64,000 nucleotides of DNA, taken from the NCBI RefSeq assembly GCF_016433145.1, contig NC_058132.1:171867292-171931291 (forward strand), written 5' to 3'. Numbering within the stretch: position 1 is the first letter of the stretch; every line of letters starts with the position of its first letter. Source of the stretch: Gracilinanus agilis. Taxonomy: Eukaryota. Below, piece after piece: positions 48,284-59,695 of the stretch. The notes below the pieces were generated by a model. The model was not told the DNA's origin and searched no databases. It was given only the letters and a program-made list of their open reading frames with translations. The position numbers were made by a program, and so were the translations under genes.

Positions 48284-48476
48284 CAGTGGTTTCCAAACTT
48301 TTTTGGCCTACTGCCCCCTTGCCAGAAAAAATAATACTTAGCCCCCTGGAAATTAATTTTTAAAAATTTTTAATAGCAATTAATAGGAAAGATAAATATA
48401 CCTATGGCCATCGCCACCTCCCTGTATTGCTGCAGCATCCACCAGGGGGCAGTGGCGCCCACTTTGGGAATCATTG
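48284..48476. mobile_element. hAT (Charlie-like) MITE containing a CTCF consensus motif
   Basis: TIRs cagtggtttccaaact ... actttgggaatcattg; approximate TSD atgtagat / (aa)ttgtagat; CCACCAGGGGGCAG at 48439-48452. Confidence 0.8.
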
Positions 48477-49600
48477 AATTGTAGATGATTCTTTTCATCC
48501 TTTCATTCTCTTCTCATATACCCATAGCACTGAAACCTTAGGATGTGGAAACTATGCAATAAAGAAGCTTATCTTTTAAAACCCTGAGCTGACCTAAGTT
48601 GATGACAACCATTTTTTTTTTTTACAGTCTCGGGAGGTAGCTGCTAAAGACCCCTACCGATATCAGGCCCCAGTGAGTCACAGCCCAGCTATACTTCTTT
48701 TCTACCTGTTGCATCTCCAGTGGTTTTCAACTCTCAACCTTCGGTTCCATTCCCTGAGACCAAAACTTGAATCACCTGAGACTTCTTTGCCTTTAGCTTC
48801 CACCAGTGAAGAAGCCCTGTCTAAAATGTTTGTAGATTTGTTGAAATACAACAGGAAAAGGTGGCTTTCTTGTTATCTGACATGATCTCAACTTTGATAG
48901 GTTCTCCTGGTGATGTCGGTCTTAGGGGAATAGGATCTAGAAACTGGTTACTTCCTCTATCTTCCCTGTTTCCTTGTCCCTGGCCTTCAGGAAGCTCAGG
49001 GAGTAAAGAAATTTCACCCTAAACCCAAGCATTTGTGTTTTGGGCATTCAATCATAACTTATTTGCATAGAAAACACTCTTAGGAACAACTTAGGGAAGT
49101 TCCAGTCAAATTCCTGCTTTTACTGATCCCTAGGGCAGGCCCTGAGATTTGATGTGGTCTAGAGATGTTCCTCTGAATCTCTGAGATAATCTGTATTTTA
49201 AGAGTGGATATTCTGCTGTTGCTTTGGGCCAGGCCAAAAGGCCTGCATCTAAATTGGAAATGGACTAGCCTCCATGGAGTATGAAGAGATAGACAACTGG
49301 CAAAGAATCATAACCCTTTCTGAATATGCCTTACATTTTGAAATTCATCCATTTCCTTGACCTTGGCTTTTGACTCTAAGCTCTGTGGCTAATTCACTGT
49401 TTAAGTCACTTCATTTCTCTAGATCCCTGGCTCTTGATGTGTAAAACAGATTGTATTAGATGATTTCTAAAGTCCTTCACCGCTTTCTTATTTTAGAATT
49501 GTGTGCAGTTGGGTCCATAAAAACCAAAAGTGCCCAGGGAAAGTGGTGGTAGTGAGGAAGAGTTGAGAGTCTGAGATTTGCTTTCTACAAGAATGAAAGT

Positions 49601-49602
<2 letters not shown>

Positions 49603-49640
<38 letters not shown>

Positions 49641-49656
49641 ACACACACACACACAC
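49603..49656. repeat. (CA)n microsatellite upstream of C11orf97
   Basis: About 27 ac units with one at interruption. Confidence 0.95.
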
Positions 49657-49879
49657 GCAGTTCCCGGGGCAGACACCCTCCTTTGGGTTTTCTCCTGGAA
49701 GTCGAAGTGATCAAAAATTAGTAAAGACATCAGAGTGGCATCTTTCTAGGATGGTCTTCCAAGGAGCTGAAATCTTCTGAGTTTGCCCGTCGAGAGCACC
49801 ACTGGCAGGCAGAATAACCACATGGAGCACAATGCCAACATTTTTGCCAAGGAAGCCAATCCAATTGCATACCATGCCC

Positions 49880-50480
49880 GTCCAGCCCCGACCTCGCTGG
49901 ATTTCCAGAGCTTCCAACTTGGTCCCATGCACGCGCTGGATCACGTGACGCGCCCTCTGCTCTGCTCTATCCCCCTCCCTTCCAGGAAGCCCCGGTACTC
50001 TGTTCTTTTCGCGCCTCAGGGGCCCGCGCTTCTGGCAGTTTGAGGTGCTTTATTCCCATGGCAACCAGCGGGGCGGGGAGGATTCCGCTGTCTCCATGGC
50101 AACTGGAGACGCCTCCCGCTTTGCTCTGCCGGACTGGTGTAGCGAGGGTAGTTCAGACGGAGCGGAGGTGAGGACCCTTGGCGACATGAGGGGAGCAGAG
50201 GCCGCTGTGGTGGCAGCGGCGGCAGCGGCGGCGGCCACCGTGATGAGGGCGGAGGACGAGGACGAGGACGAAGACGAGGAGGCGGAGCGGGAACAGCGGC
50301 CGAAGCCCCCGCAGCCGGCCGGGGTAGCGTGCGCCGTCTGTGGAGAGCCAAGCAGCGGGTGTCACTCGGAGCGCGGCAAACCCTGTGAGTAGGGACCCTC
50401 TCCGCCATCGGCCAGACTCGGGGGGAACCGTCCTACTCCCCGAAACCCGGGGGCTATACTTAATGAGCTCTGGAGTGTGG
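49880..50480 (+). promoter_or_regulatory. CpG island / promoter of C11orf97 with E-box, two RFX X-boxes and GC box
   Basis: TCACGTGA at 49941-49948; ATTCCCATGGCAAC at 50052-50065; GGGGCGGGG at 50070-50078; GTCTCCATGGCAAC at 50090-50103. Confidence 0.85.
50186..50384 (+). CDS. C11orf97: C11orf97 homolog exon 1: MRGAEAAVVAAAAAAAATVMRAEDEDEDEDEEAEREQRPKPPQPAGVACAVCGEPSSGCHSERGKP(W)
   Basis: Aligns to the human N-terminus MTGEEAVVV...EEEQPPPPAGLGCGARGEP...EHG. Donor t|gtgagt at 50385 (phase 1) completes Trp with exon 2. Synteny downstream of ANKRD49. An upstream in-frame ATG exists at 50096. Confidence 0.82.
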
Positions 50481-50669
50481 CCAGAATATCCTGAGATCAC
50501 GGAATGGCAGAAGTTGGAAGGACCCCTGGAGAGCATCTGCACTGACCCCACTTACTGTACAGAGAAGTTTGAAACTGAGGCAGCTTGATGCCAGATTCCG
50601 GGAGTGCTGGGTTTTAAGTCCGAACACCTGTGGGGTGGGGAATAGAATAAGTAGCTTGGCCGCCTATTA

Positions 50670-50835
50670 CAAGCTCAAAGGAGCATAGATTTAGAGCCAA
50701 AAGGGACCAAGGAAAGGACATCTAGTCCAAATTCCTCATTTTACGGATGAAACAACTGAGACCCGTGCAGTCGATGGGACTTGGCCAGGGTTACTCGGGC
50801 AGTAAGTGGCAGAGCCAGGAGTCTTACTCAGATTC
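50670..50835 (-). mobile_element. MIR SINE
   Basis: gatttagagccaaaagggaccaagg...catctagtccaaattcctcattttacggatgaaacaactgagaccc. Confidence 0.75.
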
Positions 50836-52494
50836 TCAGGCTTCAAACCCAGTACTCTCTTACCTTGGATAAATCAAATGACAACTCTGAACCTAAATTT
50901 CCTCATTTGTGAAATGAGAGATTGGGACTAGTTGGTTTGCAACTTCTCTTCTAAAAAGTTCTAATCCTATGAAGTATTTTACTTTCCCTCCGTTCCTCAC
51001 CAGGAAAAGGAAATGGTTTGCTCAGGATCATATAGTTAGGAAGTGGCAGAATCCAAAATGACACTGAGATCAGATTCCATTACACCACTCCTGCAGATTT
51101 ATGGCATTTGTAATCTAGCTTTACCAAAGCCCCACACTTGTGTTAATATTGTCAATATAGTTTTATAAAGTGTTATATTTCAGCCTTCACTCCATCTGAG
51201 AGGTTGTCACAAGGTCTGCTTCATGAGTTGAAGAATTTGATCTTAATCCAATCTGGGCTTACAGGAACATATTATTTCTTGATCTTACAGTTATTTTACA
51301 GCATCTACTTACTTATGGGCAATCAATACATGTTTAGGAATGATAATGGTGAAACTATAGTCCAAAGAGGAATGCAATAGGTTTCCAGGTTTTCTAAATA
51401 CTCAGCTTGATTGCCCCTCTTGAGACTCTTTCTCCCTGTGCATCCAGCACTTCTGCAACTACTGTACCTTGGTGGCAGATCACATACCCTCCTGAGACTT
51501 CATCAGAGATAGAACAAATCACTGGATAATCATGAGAAGGCACATCTCTTTATTTACTAGCCCTATTTTGTCTAATAATGCTTCTGCTATTGAACCATCT
51601 CATTAGATGGAGCATGGTCCATCTAATTAGATATAAATGAAAAATGTTATGCATTTGTGTCAATTAAAGGTTTCTTCAAATCATTAAAAATGCTTATTTG
51701 CTAAAAAATTATCATAGAATACTATAAGTCCTTAGAAGTAATATAAATATTTACATCTTTCTAACTGTTGGACAGTAGCAGGTGATGGGAACTCAGACTT
51801 ACAAACCAGATCTGGCTTCCAGTCTGAACTTTGCTACTACCTTTGTGAACTTGGAAAAAGTCATCTAACTTTTCTGTTAATGGGGGAATTCTTATCTGCT
51901 TCTTAAGATAGTTCTAATAGTAAAACAAATGAATGTAATAGTCTTGTGATGGTACTTCAAAAGAAATGTTATTCATCCCAGGAACAGTATTATTATTGGA
52001 ATTAGTTTCCATGGGAATTGAAGCAAATTCATTTTCCATTAACTTTATCCTTAAACTTAAAAAACACCCTCTGCCTTTACACTTCAGTAGGTATTATTTG
52101 TACTCTACATATTAAATCAGATTTTCAATTATTCTAGTCTGTAAAAAGATGACACTTGGTTTTCAGCACATTTCTTCAAAGGGACAGAAAAATAAATGTT
52201 CTTTTGAGCCTTTAGGACTGACAAGTGAAATGAAAATGAAAATATTTCATGTTTAACTTTAATGCCTATCTTCTGACACAATAGATCCAAGTTTCATTTT
52301 TCTCTTTGTATCCTCAGCACTTAATGTGGCCTGTGACATACATTAAGTGCTTAATAAATGTTTGTTGAATTGAATTGCATGCATTTCAATATAGAATTGC
52401 AATTACTACCTTGTAAGAAATCCAAAAGAAACCTGCTTTGTAAGCAGTATTACTCACCTGCAAACCCAGACCTGAAAGGTACACACTTCTAGCT

Positions 52495-52687
52495 GTATTT
52501 TTTTAAACCCTTATCTTCTGTCTTGGAACCAATACAAAGGATCAGTTCCAAGGCAGAAGTGCTGCAAGGGCTAAGCAGCTAGAGTTAAGTGATTTGCCAG
52601 GATCACAGAGCTAATTAGTGTCTGAGGTCACATTTGAACACAGTTTCTAGGCCTGGCTCTCTATCCGCTGAGTCACCTAGCTGCCCA
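52495..52687 (-). mobile_element. SINE1_Mdo/MAR1-type SINE (inverted pair member)
   Basis: Reverse copy ending ...ctgagtcacctagctgccc. Confidence 0.87.
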
Positions 52688-52707
52688 ACTTTGCTCTTAT
52701 CACAGAT

Positions 52708-52905
52708 AGGGTGGTTCAGTTGATTGACAGTGAGGCTTAGAGACGGGAGGTCTTGGGTTCAAATCTGACCTTAGACACTTCCTAGCTGTGTGACCGTAGG
52801 CAAGTCACTTAACCCCCATTGCCTAGGCCTTACCACTCTTCTGCCTTGGAATCAATATATTGTATTGATTCTAGGGTAGAAGGTAAGAGTTTAAAAAAAA
52901 TTTTT
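52708..52905 (+). mobile_element. SINE1_Mdo-type SINE (inverted pair member)
   Basis: ggtggttcagttgattgacagtgaggcttagagacgggagg...gaaggtaagagtttaaaaaaa. Confidence 0.88.
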
Positions 52906-53267
52906 TTAAATAAAATAAAATAATCACATATCCTTATGATTGGAATTTACTTTATGTAAGAAGTCACCTACTTTTACTAACTACTCAAAACTCTACCACA
53001 TGGAATCCAAAAACTATAGTTGAAAGAGATTGCCAAAGAGACTTCACATCTCATCTACTCCATCTCCAAAGTCCAGCCAATGATACCCATCAGTGATTGA
53101 TTATTTAGCTTTTTCTGTGCTCCTTCCTTACCAAGAAGTCTATTCCCACATGTAAAATGAAGGGGAAAAAATTTGTAGAATTAGAAGGGACTTTAAATCT
53201 ATGTATACTATAATAATTGTTAGGAATTGGCTTCCTTAAATAGAGTCAAAATCTTTCTCTTTAACTT

Positions 53268-53466
53268 TTTTTTAAACTTATCTCCTGCCTTAGAATCAAT
53301 ACTAAGTATCAGTGCCAAGGCAGAAGAGCTACAAGGACTAAGCAACTAGGGTTAAGTGACTTGTCTAGGGTCACACAGCTAGTAAGTATCTGAGGCCACA
53401 TTTGAATCCAGGACTGCTTGTCTTCAAGCCTGGCTCTCTAGCCACTGAACCACCTACCTTGCCCCC
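53268..53466 (-). mobile_element. SINE1_Mdo/MAR1-type SINE
   Basis: Reverse copy with T tail, ending ...ccactgaaccacctaccttgcccc. Confidence 0.85.
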
Positions 53467-54379
53467 TGTTTAACATCTAACCAATGGTTTTAGTTCACCT
53501 CATAAGACAAAAAAAGAATGAAATTGATCCCTCTTGATTATGATAATTCTTAGAAAATGTAATCTTTTCACTAATGTTTTGAATAGTATGATTTTGAGGA
53601 CCCTTACCATTATGGTGCATTACTCTTGCAAAGTAATAATCCTTCCATTACCTAAATTCTTCCAAGTGACAAAGAATTTATTTTTTATTTTCCCACTACA
53701 CAATACTGCCTCTGTGGTGCTCAAACTTATCACAATACTCTAGTGTAGAGTGCAGTGGAAATCACAGAATCATAGAATATCAGACTCTAGAAATTATATT
53801 TGAGGATATCCTTTCCAACCAGCAAAGTGACTTGTCCAGAATCATATAGGTAATTAGTGTTAGAAACTAGACTAGAACATATATCACCTGCCTGCCTACT
53901 GTTCTTTCTATTGCATCTTCCCATATATACATTAATATTCCAATAATTCAATGGAACTGTGATCTCATTGATTATTCCACCAAAGGCATATATCATCATC
54001 TATCCATCCATGCCTTCTCCTTATGTAAAATTCTTTTTCGTATTCCCCCATAGATTTTCCAATTCTAGAACTCTATAAATTTATTATTTGGAATTATACT
54101 TAGTCTTCTCATTTGTTATCCTTTATTCTTAAATGGCTCAGTCACTTCTCCCAAACACATATTTCCTGGATGATATCCTTTACTTCTCATACATAGATTA
54201 TCATAGAAAATATACTACAGCCTACTGGCACCTGCCATGAGCCTCCCTCTTGACCTTAGATCAACTGCAACTTTCTTTCCAAGGAGCTTACCTACATACA
54301 AAAATTGTACTATACAGTATTACCAGGTGAAAAGTTTCAATTAAAATGGGCAGTTGTGCCAGCTCAGAACTTTTTAAAG

Positions 54380-54535
54380 CAATGGTGTAAAGCTCAAACA
54401 GAAACAGGCTACATATCGACTTCAAAAACCACACATTAATATTAGCTATATTCTACTATATTTTCATTTATCTTTTAAAATATTCCCCAATTACATTTTA
54501 ATGTGGTACTAGCATTCAGAGGCTTAACACCTCTG
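54380..54535 (+). mobile_element. hAT-type MITE (internally deleted relative to the 28370 copy)
   Basis: caatggtgtaaagctcaaacagaaacagg...aaaaccacacattaat...ccccaattacattttaat...ttaacacctctg. Confidence 0.6.
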
Positions 54536-54539
54536 GTTA

Positions 54540-55900
54540 AAAGGATTACTCTTTAAACCAGCTCTAATCTAGCCTGCTCTTTTGCACATATTCAGTTCTG
54601 GATCCAAATACTTGTACAGATCAAATCATCAAAGCCTGGACTCTTCACTCTATGAGAGTTAATGAAACCCAAGATACATTGTTTTTTGAACGGCTTTGCT
54701 TATATATGTATGTACATATACATATATCTGTTTTAAATAAAACTAAGTAAATCTTTCATATGGATTCTTATTAAGTTCAGGATTCTCCCATACTTTCCTT
54801 GTGCAGTTAATTTTTTGACCAAAAGTGCAGGCCTTTGTATTTATCACCACTGTATATTATCAGCTATAAGGCACAGTGGATGGAACCCTGGACCTAGAGT
54901 CAGGAGTTCAAATTTGGCTTCAGATACTTATTAGCTTTGTGACCCTAGGCAAGTAACATAACCCTGTTTGTTCAGCTCAGTCTCCTCCTCTATAAAATAA
55001 GCTGAAGAAGGAAATGGCAAATCACCTCAGCATTTTTGCCAATAAAACTCCAAATAGGGTCAGGAATCGTTGGACACAACTGAAAAACAACTGAAATATA
55101 GTATCTTATTAGCCTTAGTTTATCATTTCAGTCTGTCAAGACTTTTTAAAATCTTAATTAATATTGTCTATGAGAGCTATTCTTTCTATAAATTTTGTAA
55201 GTATGATTTCTCTTTATTTAAGCTATTGATTTTTTTAAAAATGTTGAATAGCATCAGGGTCAGTTCAGAGCCCATCAACATTGTTGATGGTGTTGTTAAT
55301 ACCACCTTACACATCCTCCTAATCAATCATTAATTGATATTCATAAATCAACATAACTTCCTCTGAGTTGTTCAATCAGATAAAAATTCACCTAACTACT
55401 GTCATCAAATCTATGTTTTTTTATCCTGTCCATGAGGATATCAGTAACATGGGAAACTAAATTTAAATAAAAATAAAATTAGAATAGAAGATAGAAATTA
55501 AAATGAAAATTATTCATCTGTGGCATTCCCCTGATCTAGTAATCTTGACATGAAAATATGATTGGTTTGCTATTATTTGATCTTGAGGAATCTGTGCTGG
55601 CCCCAAGTGGTCATTAAGAAGGTGATATTCAAGATTAGTAGGGAGATAATATAACTTCTAGCCTTTAGTGACTTTAGGTCGCCAGGCCTAGAGGAACTGC
55701 ATTCTGGGACACTGAAAGAGGTGGCAAATGTGATTTCTGGAACACTGTTAGTGTTCTTTGAAAATCAATTGCAAAGCAAATGAGCTTATTTTCAAAATAA
55801 GGAAAAAAAACAGAGCCTGCAAACTATTAGTGAGCTTGAAATCTGGAGACCATGATGTGCTTTTATTTAATCAAAGGCTGAGACCATCTTCTATAAGAGT
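54540..55900. mobile_element. CR1/L3 remnants with an inserted MAR1/MIR SINE (54855-55075)
   Basis: aaaatgttgaatagcatcagggtcagttcagagccc (reverse CR1) and gccaggcctagaggaactgcattctgggacactgaaagag (forward CR1 RT region). Confidence 0.55.
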
Positions 55901-56084
55901 AGGTTTGAGGTTATGGTTGAGTGTTAGAGGAAAGTAAAAAGTTTGGAATAATATTTATGGAGAATGAGATTGGGATTTAATTAGGGTTCAAAGATCATTC
56001 TTCTTGGCAGATTAAAAAATAAAAGTAAATTAAGTGTTAAACAACTGCCTTCTTTATACTCTCTATAATCATCTTTCAATTCTT

Positions 56085-56700
56085 CTTTTTTTTAATTATA
56101 TATTTTTCCAAATTACATGTTGATACAATTTTTAATCATTGCTTCCTGACATTTTGTGATCCATGTTCTCTCCCTTTCTTTCTCTCCTTCCCCCTTTATA
56201 AGATGACAGGTAATGTGATATAGGTTATACATGTGCTATCAGGTGCCATATATTTCCATGTTAATCTGTTGTGAAGGAAGATACATATCACTTATACAAA
56301 AAAAAAAACTCATGATGGAAATTAAGTGAAAAATGGTGTGCTTCAGTGTGCATTCAGACTCCATTGGTTTCTTCTATAACAGTGAATAATTTTTTTCTTC
56401 ATGGATCTCTTGAAGTTGTCTTGCATTGCTGTTAATAGTTGTCATTCAGGGGGCAGCTGGGTGGCTCAGTGAATTGAGAGCCAGGCCTAGAGAAGGGAGG
56501 TCCTAGGTTCAAATCTGGCCTCAGACACTTCCCAGCTATGTGACCCTGAGCAAGTCACTTAACCCCCATTGCCCACCCTTACCACTCTTCTGCCTTGGAG
56601 CTGACAGAATATAACAGTTTTAAAAAGAAAAGAAAAGAAAAAATAGTTAAGTCATTCACAGTTGATCATTATACACACTATAGCTGTTAATGTATATAAT
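56085..56700 (-). mobile_element. L1 3' end remnant interrupted by a young SINE1_Mdo (56449-56640, +)
   Basis: ttttccaaattacatgttgatacaatttttaatcatt...cattcagactccattggtttc; SINE flanked by tagtt..gtcattca duplication. Confidence 0.75.
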
Positions 56701-57280
56701 TTCTCTTCCAATCTTTCTTGAGAAGTGGCATTATCTTTTCTTTTATTCTCTTCTTTCTCACAATCCATTTCCTGAGCAGCTGAAAGTTATTGTATTGAAA
56801 TGAGAGTAGAATAGATGTAAGGGTTTTGAGTTCATATTTCCTGTAGACTGTTTGAGGACCAGCTCATCTCAAAATCTCAAAAAGACTTATCAATTGAAAA
56901 CTGATTATTTTGCCCACATCAATTCATGAAGATGGTCTGCTAAAGCATAGAACCTGTGATGTAGTGTAGTGGGGAAAGGAATCAATCACACTGATGAATT
57001 CATGAATCTTTAAAATATTATAGCACTTTAAAATAATTTTGATGATAATGCTAAATTCCCTAATTCAGGACTGCTAAAGGAAGTTGGAAAAGAGATCTAT
57101 TTTTCCTCTCTATAAATTAAAGATACATTAACAAATGCTGCTTCACAATCCTTGTATTCTACAGTGATCAAATCCTATCTTATTCGCAACAGAGACTGTC
57201 CTAACCCTTTTCTTCTTTTCTCTAACACCGAACCATATCCCAGAACCCATATTTACAGCAGACAATGTTGCCTCCAACTT

Positions 57281-57486
57281 CTTTGTTTTGTTTTGTTTTT
57301 TTTTTATTTTAAACCCTTAACTTCTGTGTATTGACTTATAGGTGGAAGAGTGGTAAGGGTAGGCAATGGGGGTCAAGTGACTTGCCCAGGGTCACACAGC
57401 TGGGAAGTGTCTGAGGCCAGATTTGAACCTAGGACCTCCCGTCTCTAGGCTTGGCTCTCAATCCACTGAGCTACCCAGCTGCCCCA
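57281..57486 (-). mobile_element. Young SINE1_Mdo with (TTTTG)n tail
   Basis: Near-consensus reverse copy: ...gacctcccgtctctaggcttggctctcaatccactgagctacccagctgcccc. Confidence 0.92.
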
Positions 57487-57549
57487 CCTCCAACTTCTTT
57501 GAAAAGATTGAGGTTATCCAAAATCATTTTTCTCAACTTCTCAACTTAA

Positions 57550-58720
57550 TTACTCAAAATTTCTCAGCATCCTTCTTTACTTTCTCTTTCCCTCTGGCCA
57601 CAGACAAAGAGGCATTGCTTACAACTATTTGGTCTAATCCTTCTACATTTACCTTTGATTCCAACCCTAACTACCTCCTTTAGGACTTTCCTCTAGCTAT
57701 CATGGCCTCTTAGGTCTGCTATCTCTTTCCTTCCACTGCCTCTTGGCCACATTACCACATGTATTCAGGCAAGTCTTTCCAGTATGCTTTAAAAAACAAA
57801 ACAAAACAAAAAAGCTTTTTCATGGCCTATCCTAGCTCTTTCCTTACCTTCTCTATTAAACTTATAGAAAAAGTTGTCTAAAACTGGTGTCTCCATTTCC
57901 TCACTTTCATGCTCTCCTCACAACTTGAAAGTTGTCTTGAACCCCACTATTATACAGAAACTGCTTATTCTAAGCTTACAGTGACCTCCTAATTGTTATA
58001 GCCAATGACATTTTTTCAGTGCTGGGTTCATACGATCCTAGTATTAAAGCTGGAAGGGACTTTAGAGACTATTGAATCTCAGTCTATATTTTATATTTAC
58101 TCATTTTATATTTGAGGAAACTGAGGCAGAGAGATTGAGTAACATGGCCAGGATCATATGGCTAAGTGGGATTTGAACCTGAGTCTTCCTGTCTTAGTCT
58201 ACCATTCTGTCCATTATGCTACAACTTCAACGTCTTTGATTTTTTGGCTTTTTTCATTACTGACAACTCCATCTTACTGGATATTTTCTCTTCTTTTGAC
58301 CTCTGAGACACTATGCTATCCCAACTTTCTTCCCTCCTTTCTATAGACTCTTCTGTCTGTTCACTAGACAACCCTTATCCTCTAACTTCTTAATTGAATA
58401 TTTCCCAGGGGTCTATCCTTGATCCTGCTGTATTCCCTTCTTTGGCAACATCATTCACTTCCGTGATTTCACTGATTGCTGCTATTCAAATAACTCCAAT
58501 TGGCATCCCTAATCCTGACCTCTCTTAGGTTACATCCTTAAATTTCCAAATTTCTATAGAAGAGATACATTTGGATGTTCCACTAGCCAGGTTCAGTCTA
58601 ATGCAACAATATTCACCCTATTTCTCCAGCATCTTTCATATCACCTTATCAAGTTCTATCGATTCCATTTCTGTAATATTTCCCACTTTTATCCCTTTGT
58701 CCCTAATAACTAACATAGGT
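57550..58720 (+). mobile_element. L2 LINE remnants with inserted MIR
   Basis: gcttacagtgacctcctaattg...ttttgacctctgagacactatgctatccc...cccaggggtctatccttgatcctg. Confidence 0.6.
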
Positions 58721-58734
58721 CCTCATGAGGCATC

Positions 58735-58995
58735 AGAGGCAGCTAGATGGTGCAATGAAGAGAGCATCATCAGGAATAGTATCTTGAACACCTACGTTCA
58801 GATCTGGTCTCAGACACTTACTAGCTGTGTGACCCTGGCAGTCATTTAACCTGTCTGCCTTAGTTTCCTCAACAGTAAAATGTGGGTAACAGGAACACCT
58901 ACCTCCCAGAGTTGTTATGAAAATCAAATGAGATAACATTTGTGTTGTGCTTAGGAAAGCAAGTAGTAAATAGTAGGTGCTTAATAAATGCTTAT
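58735..58995 (+). mobile_element. MIR (core) SINE
   Basis: gaggcagctagatggtgcaatg...ctgcCttagtttcctcaacagtaaaatg...gtgcttaataaatgctt. Confidence 0.85.
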
Positions 58996-59145
58996 TCTCT
59001 ACCATACACCATGTCTACTTTTCCTAACAAGTCTTCCTTCTTCCATTTTTCCCCTATTCTAACCTATCTTTCATACCAAGGCTGAATTATTCTTTATGCA
59101 TAGATTTGGCCATATCACTTCCTCTGCTAAGAAAATTTCAGTGAG

Positions 59146-59316
59146 GCAGCAGCTGGGTGGCTCAGTGGATTGAGAGCCAGGCCTAGATGGGAGGTCCTAG
59201 GTTCAAATCTGACCTCGGACACTGCCTAGCGGTGTGACCCTAGGCAAGTCACTTGACCCTCACTGCCTAGCCCTTACCACTCTTCTGCCTTGGAGCCAAT
59301 ACTTAGTATTGATTCT
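59146..59316 (+). mobile_element. SINE1_Mdo (host of nested inverted SINE)
   Basis: gcagcagctgggtggctcagtggattgagagccaggcctag...ggagccaatacttagtattgattct; its tail resumes at 59520. Confidence 0.9.
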
Positions 59317-59519
59317 TTTTTTTTTTAAAACCCTTACCTTCTGTCTTGGAGTCAATGCTGTGTATTGGCTCCAAGGCAGAAGAGTGGTAAGGGTAGGCAA
59401 TGGGGGTCAAGTGACTTGCCCAGGGTCACACAGCTGGGAAGTGTCTGAGTCCAGATTTGAACCTAGGACCTCCTGTCTCTAGGCCTGGCTCAATACACTG
59501 AGCTACCCAGCTGCCCCCC
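59317..59519 (-). mobile_element. Young SINE1_Mdo inserted in inverted orientation into the preceding SINE
   Basis: 14-bp TSD ttagtattgattct at 59303-59316 and 59520-59533. Confidence 0.92.
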
Positions 59520-59538
59520 TTAGTATTGATTCTAAGGT

Positions 59539-59695
59539 NNNNNNNNNNNNNNNNNNNNNNNNNNNNNNNNNNNNNNNNNNNNNNNNNNNNNNNNNNNNNN
59601 NNNNNNNNNNNNNNNNNNNNNNNNNNNNNNNNNNNNNNNNNNNNNNNNNNNNNNNNNNNNNNNNNNNNNNNNNNNNNNNNNNNNNNNNNNNNNNN
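59539..59695. other. Assembly gap (157 N)
   Basis: Run of n characters. Confidence 1.

Noticed and set aside
50327-50365. CAVCGEPSSGCH resembles the first half of a nuclear-receptor C4 zinc finger
   Set aside because: It aligns collinearly with human C11orf97 CGARGEPGRG. The second CxxC pair is absent from exon 2, so the resemblance is probably chance.
50016-50551. Antisense ORFs of 62-132 aa over C11orf97 exon 1
   Set aside because: Mirror-image low-complexity translations of the GC-rich sense exon; no independent support.
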